From Zygnema circumcarinatum SAG 698-1b (Eukaryota; Plantae; Zygnematophyceae), in NCBI GenBank assembly GCA_037447605.1, contig CM074822.1, positions 1,201,492 through 1,265,491 on the forward strand: a DNA stretch of 64,000 nt, read 5' to 3'. Position numbers and translations under genes: made by a program. Position 1 is the first letter of the stretch; the number at the start of each line of letters is the position of its first letter. Below the pieces are notes generated by a model that was not told the DNA's origin, did not search any database, and saw only the letters and a program-made list of their open reading frames with translations. Shown here one piece after another: positions 59,532 through 64,000 of this stretch.

Positions 59532-62500
59532 CTACAAAGTAAAATTCTCAATGAGTTCGGGGGTGTGCCTCTCATAGCTTCCATCGAGAAGCTCCGCCCC
59601 CAACTGTCCTTTGCTCCCGGAGCCACATGTGAGCACTGTTCCGTTCTCCGTTAAAGCCAACATGTGGGCGTCCCAATGTCCGGCGTTGGAGGGGCTGACT
59701 TGAACCACGCGGTCGCCAGATGGCAAATGCTCTAAAGCAGGCATACGTTTGGGGCGAAACACATCCTTTCTCCGATGCTGGAGAGGGAGAGGGAGAGGGA
59801 GAGGGAGAGGGAGAGGGAGAGGGAGAGGGAGAGGGAGAGGGAGAGGGAGAGGGAGAGGGAGAGGGAGAGGGAGAGGGAGAGGGAGAGGGAGAGGGGGAGG
59901 GGAGGGAGAGGGAGAGAGAGGGAGAGGGAGAGGGAGAGGGAGAGGGAGAGGGAGAGGGAGAGGGAGAGGGAGAGGGAGAGGGAGAGGGAGAGGGAAGAGG
60001 GAAGAGGGAGAGGGAGAGGGAGAGGGAGAGGGAGAGGGAGAGGGAGAGGGAGAGGGAGAGAGAGGGAGAGGGAGAGGGAGAGGGAGAGGGAGAGGGAGAG
60101 GGAGAGGGAGGGAGAGGGAGAGGGAGAGGGAGAGGAGAGGGAGAGGGAGAGGGAGAGGGAGAGGGAGAGGGAGAGGGAGAGCGAGAGGGAGAGGGAGAGG
60201 GAGAGCAAGAGGAAGAGCGAGAGGGAGAGCGAGAGGGAGAGGGAGAGGGAGAGGGAGAGGGAGAGGGAGAGGGAGAGGGAGGGAGAGGGAGAGGGAGAGG
60301 GAGAGGGAGAGGGAGAGGGAGAGGGAGAGGGAGAGGGAGAAGGGAGAAAGAGAGGGAGAGGGAGAGGGAGAGGGAGAGGAAGAGGGAGAGGGAGAGGGAG
60401 AGAGGGAGAGGGAGAGGGAGAGGGAGAGGGAGAGGGAGAGGGAGAGGGAGAGGGAGAGGGAGAGGGAGAGGGAGAGGGAGAGGGAGAGGGAGAGGGAGAG
60501 GGAGAGGGAGAGGGAGAGGGAGAGGGAGAGGGAGAGGGAGAGGGAGAGGGAGAGGGAGAGGGAGAGGGAGAGGGAGGAGGGAGAGGGAGAGGGAGAGGGA
60601 GAGGGAGAGGGAGAGGGAGAGGGAGAGGGAGAAGGAGAGGGAGAGGGAGAGGGAGAGGGAGAGGGAGAGGGAGAGGGAGAGGGAGAGGGAGAGAGGGAGA
60701 GGGAGAGGGAGAGGGAGAGGGAGAGGGAGAGCGAGAGGGAGAGCGAGAGGGAGAGGGAGAGGGAGAGGGAGAGGGAGAAGGAGAGAGGGAGAGGGAGAGG
60801 GAGAGGGAGAGGGAGAGGGAGAGGGAGAGGGAGAGGGAGAGGGAGAGGGAGAGGGTGAGGGAGAGGGAGAGGGCGAGGGAGAGGGAGAGGGCGAGTGAGG
60901 TGAGGGAGAGGGAGAGGGAGAGGGAGAGGGAGAGGGAGAGGGAGAGGGAGAGGGAGAGGGAGAGGGAGAGGGAGAGGGAGAGGGAGAGGGAGAGGGAGAG
61001 GGAGAGGGAGAGGGAGAGGGAGAGGGAGAGGGAGAGGGAGAGGGAGAGGGAGAGGGAGAGGGAGAGAGAGAGGGAGAGAGGGAGAGGAGAGGGAGAGGGA
61101 GAGGGAGAGGGAGAGGGAGAGGGAGAGGGAGAGGGAGAGGGAGAGGGAGAGGGAGAGGGAGGGAGAGGGAGAGGGAGAGGGAGAGGGAGAGGGAGAGGAG
61201 GAGCAGAGGGAGAGGGAGAGGGAGAGGGAGAGGGAGAGGGAGAGGGAGAGGAGAGGGAGAGGGAGAGGGAGAGGGAGAGGGAGAGGGAGAGGGAGAGGGA
61301 GAGGAGAGGGAGAGGGAGGAGGGAGAGGGAGAGGGAGAGGGAGAGGGAGAGGGAGAGGGAGAGGGAGAGGGAGAGGGAGAGGGAGAGGAGAGGGAGAGGG
61401 AGAGGGAGAGGGAGAGGGAGAGAGAGGGAGAGAGGAGTGGGAGAGGGAGAGGGAGAGGGAGAGGGAGAGGGAGAGGGAGGGAAGAAGGAAGAGAGAGGGA
61501 GCGGGAGAGGGAGAGGGAGAGGGAGAGGGAGAGGGAGAGGGAGAGGGAGAGGGAGAGGGAGAGGAGAGGGAGAGGGAGAGGGAGAGGGAGAGGGAGAGGA
61601 GAGGAGAAGGAGAGGGAGAGGGAGAGGGTGAGGTGAGGCTAGGGCGAGGGAGAGAGGGAGAGGGAGAGGGTGAGGGAGAGGGAGAGGGAGAGGGAGAGGG
61701 AGAGGGAGAGGGAGAGGGAGAGGGAGAAGGAGAGGGAGAAGGAGAGGGAGAGGGAGAGGGAGAGGGGAGTCAAATTCAGGTTCAAAGTTCCGAAAAGAGA
61801 AAGAATATGCTAATGGAATCGATCAGTTTTTCAATGACAACGAAATGAATGTGCTTTTACATATGTACTGTAACAAAGAAGCTCAACTCACCGGTCTCTC
61901 ACCATCCCCATCTCCGTCTCCGTCTCCCTCTCCCTCCCCATCGCCTCCTCCCACCTCTCCCACTCCCTGCCCGAGACAAGATGACTCCCCATTCCCAAAC
62001 GACCACACCTCCCCTCCACTCCCAACAACAAACGTGGTGTAATCACCAGCCGCCACGTGGCACACTTTTGTCGTTTCCGGCCCTCCCAAACCCTCCACCA
62101 CTCTCGGAAAAAGCTCACATTGGTCGCTCCCATGTCCCAAACATCCATGCCGACCCCATCCCCATGTGGCCACTCTCCCATCCATAGAGAGAGCGGCTGC
62201 ATGCCACGCGCCAGCGGCGACTGCCATTGGCTGAAAATTTAGGGTTCCAAAATGCTCAATTTTCCGAGGCAAGCGTTCGTCGCTTCGGCTTCCATGACCG
62301 AGCTTTCCACCGAGACCGCAACCGACAGACCAGACAGATCTGGGGAGGTGGGAGAGGGGAGAGAGGTAGAGAGTGGGAGAGGAGGAGAAAGGGAGAGAAG
62401 GAGAGAAGCGAGAGGGGAGAGGGACAGTGGGTAGAGGGGAGAGGGAGAGAGGGGAGAAGGCGATAGGGGAGAGGGAGACAGACAGGGGAGAGGAGAGAGG

Positions 62501-63459
62501 GGAGAGGGACAGTGGGTAGTGGGGAGAGGGAGAGAGGGGAGAAGGCGATAGGGGAGAGGGAGACAGGGGAGAGGAGAGAGGGGCGAGGGACAGTGGGGAG
62601 AGGAGAGAGGGAGAGGGAAGAGGGGGGAGGGAGAGAGGCGAGAGGGAGAAAGGGAAGAGGGCGAGAGGGGGGAGGAGAGTGGAGGAGAGAGAGAGAGTGG
62701 GGGTGAGAGTGGCGGTAGGGAGAAAGAAAGGGGGAGATGAGAGGGGAGAGGGAGTGGAGGGAGCGAGGATGGGAGATGAAGAGGGGGAGGGGAGAGAGGT
62801 GCGGGAATAAGGAAGGGCGGGACAAAAAGTGGAGAAAAGGGAGAGAAGGAAGAGTGAGACGGAGGGAGGCAAGACAAAAAAAACAGAGAAAGACAGGAGA
62901 TAAACAGTTAACATTAGGATTTTTTTACTAGAGACAAAGAGATTGTATGAAGCCCTCTGTCTCTCTCCTTCCTCCGCTTTCTACTCTCTTCTCCCCCTTC
63001 TCCTCCTCTTCCCCGCTTTTCCTTTCACACTCACTCTCCCTCCAACTGCCTCTCCCTCTCTCATCCCAGATCCCTCCTCAACCCCTCAGTCCTCTCTCCC
63101 TCTCCCTCTCCCTCCTCCCTCCATAACCCCTCCCCCTCTCACATCCCTCGATCGCCCCCGCTCCCGCACCTCCCCCTCACCCCCATTCTCCGTCTTCCTC
63201 CCTCTCCCTCTCCCTCTCCCTCTCCCTCTCCGCCCTCCCTCACCCACCTGCCATTCTCTCCACAGGCGAGAGCCAGCAGATAACAATGTCCCCCTGCGAT
63301 CTGCACCACTGGCAGGCTGCCAAGTGGCCCTTCCAGGACACGTGGCATCATGTCATTGGAGTCTGTCGCGTGGCCCAGCCTCTCCTTCTCCCCCCATGCC
63401 AGAGTGTACACCCTCCCCTCTCGCGATAAAACTGCTGTAAAAAAACTCCCCATAGAAAC
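59532..63459 (-). CDS. RCC1-repeat (UVR8-like beta-propeller) protein; 5' exons lie outside the window
   Basis: Exons 63459-63248, 62339-61892 and 59777-59532, with consistent phases. Motifs [62 protein letters not shown] and HMLALTENG...GQLG match a conserved plant RCC1 family protein. It is not UVR8 itself. Confidence 0.9.
59781..61765. repeat. (GAGAGG)n hexamer microsatellite filling the last RCC1 intron
   Basis: About 2 kb of near-perfect repeat, reading (CCTCTC)n on the sense strand and ending directly at the CAG acceptor. Confidence 0.96.
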
Positions 63460-63621
63460 CTGCAAAATTCCAATCCTTCAATTCACATTAAAAATCAAAA
63501 ACGTCCTTTCATACCCCCCTTTCTTTCCTATCTTCCTTTCCAGAACCTTATCGTTTGATAGCCCATTTCCCCCTCTCCTCCCCCTCACCTTTTTTCCTCC
63601 CTTTTTTATATCAAACATTAA

Positions 63622-63945
63622 AAATTTAAATTAAAACTTAAACTGTAAACTTTAAACTTCAAACTTTAAACTTAAACTTTAAAACTTTAAACTTAAGCTT
63701 AAAACTTTAAACTTAAACTTTAAACTTTAAATGTAAATTTAAACTTCAACTTTAAACTTTCACTTTTAAACTTAAACTTTAAACTGTAAACTTTAAACTT
63801 CAAACTTTAAACTTAAACTTTAAAACTTTAAACTTAAGCTTAAAACTTTAAACTTAAACTTTAAACTTTAAATGTAAACTTAAACTTCAACTTTAAACTT
63901 TCACTTTTAAACTTAACTTTAAACTGTAAACTTTAAACTTAAACT
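63622..63945. repeat. AT-rich (AAACTTT/AAACTTA)n array with an internal ~140-bp tandem duplication, in an RCC1 intron
   Basis: Read directly; the block starting aaactgtaaactttaaacttcaaac occurs at about 63640 and 63781. Confidence 0.85.
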
Positions 63946-64000
63946 AATAAACATTAGAATGAATGGTTACACTGCTACTACTAGGGTTACCGTACATTGT

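Noticed and set aside
59720-61848. Long (RE)n, (GE)n and (RG)n ORFs of up to 618 aa
   Set aside because: They are the (GAGAGG)n repeat antisense to an RCC1 intron.
59532-63459. Calling the RCC1-repeat gene UVR8
   Set aside because: Only one GW-type Trp motif is visible and the UVR8 GWRHT triad and C-terminal VP motif are absent. It matches a different plant RCC1 family member.

Overview
Eukaryotic nuclear DNA from a green-lineage organism, most likely a streptophyte (charophyte) alga. This is inferred from the land-plant-type actin intron pattern, a plastid fibrillin and a GT92 galactan-synthase-like gene occurring together with a cobalamin-dependent methionine synthase (METH), which land plants lack. 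Nine spliced genes were reconstructed by hand from GT-AG junctions with matching phases: RRP45 (-, 3' end outside the window), a GT92/DUF23 glycosyltransferase (+), a DED1/DDX3-type DEAD-box helicase (-), actin (-), a DUF3598-like protein (-), a plastid fibrillin (-, incomplete), a 10x CCHC zinc-knuckle protein (+), METH (+) and an RCC1-repeat protein (-, 5' end outside the window). A full-length but frameshifted Ty1/copia element sits inside a ~4.9 kb (CATGGA/CATGGG)n satellite, and an hAT-like MITE sits in an intron. Introns are dominated by GA/CT simple repeats and degenerate telomere-like repeats, which create most of the long spurious ORFs in the track. The strongest novelty candidate is METH fused in frame to an N-terminal hydrophobic membrane anchor plus an AMPK-beta-like CBM48 domain. 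Other candidates are an 18-bp tandem array joining the site II and telo-box motifs upstream of the helicase, and an intronic inverted repeat that copies a 5' splice site. Seven N gaps limit some models.
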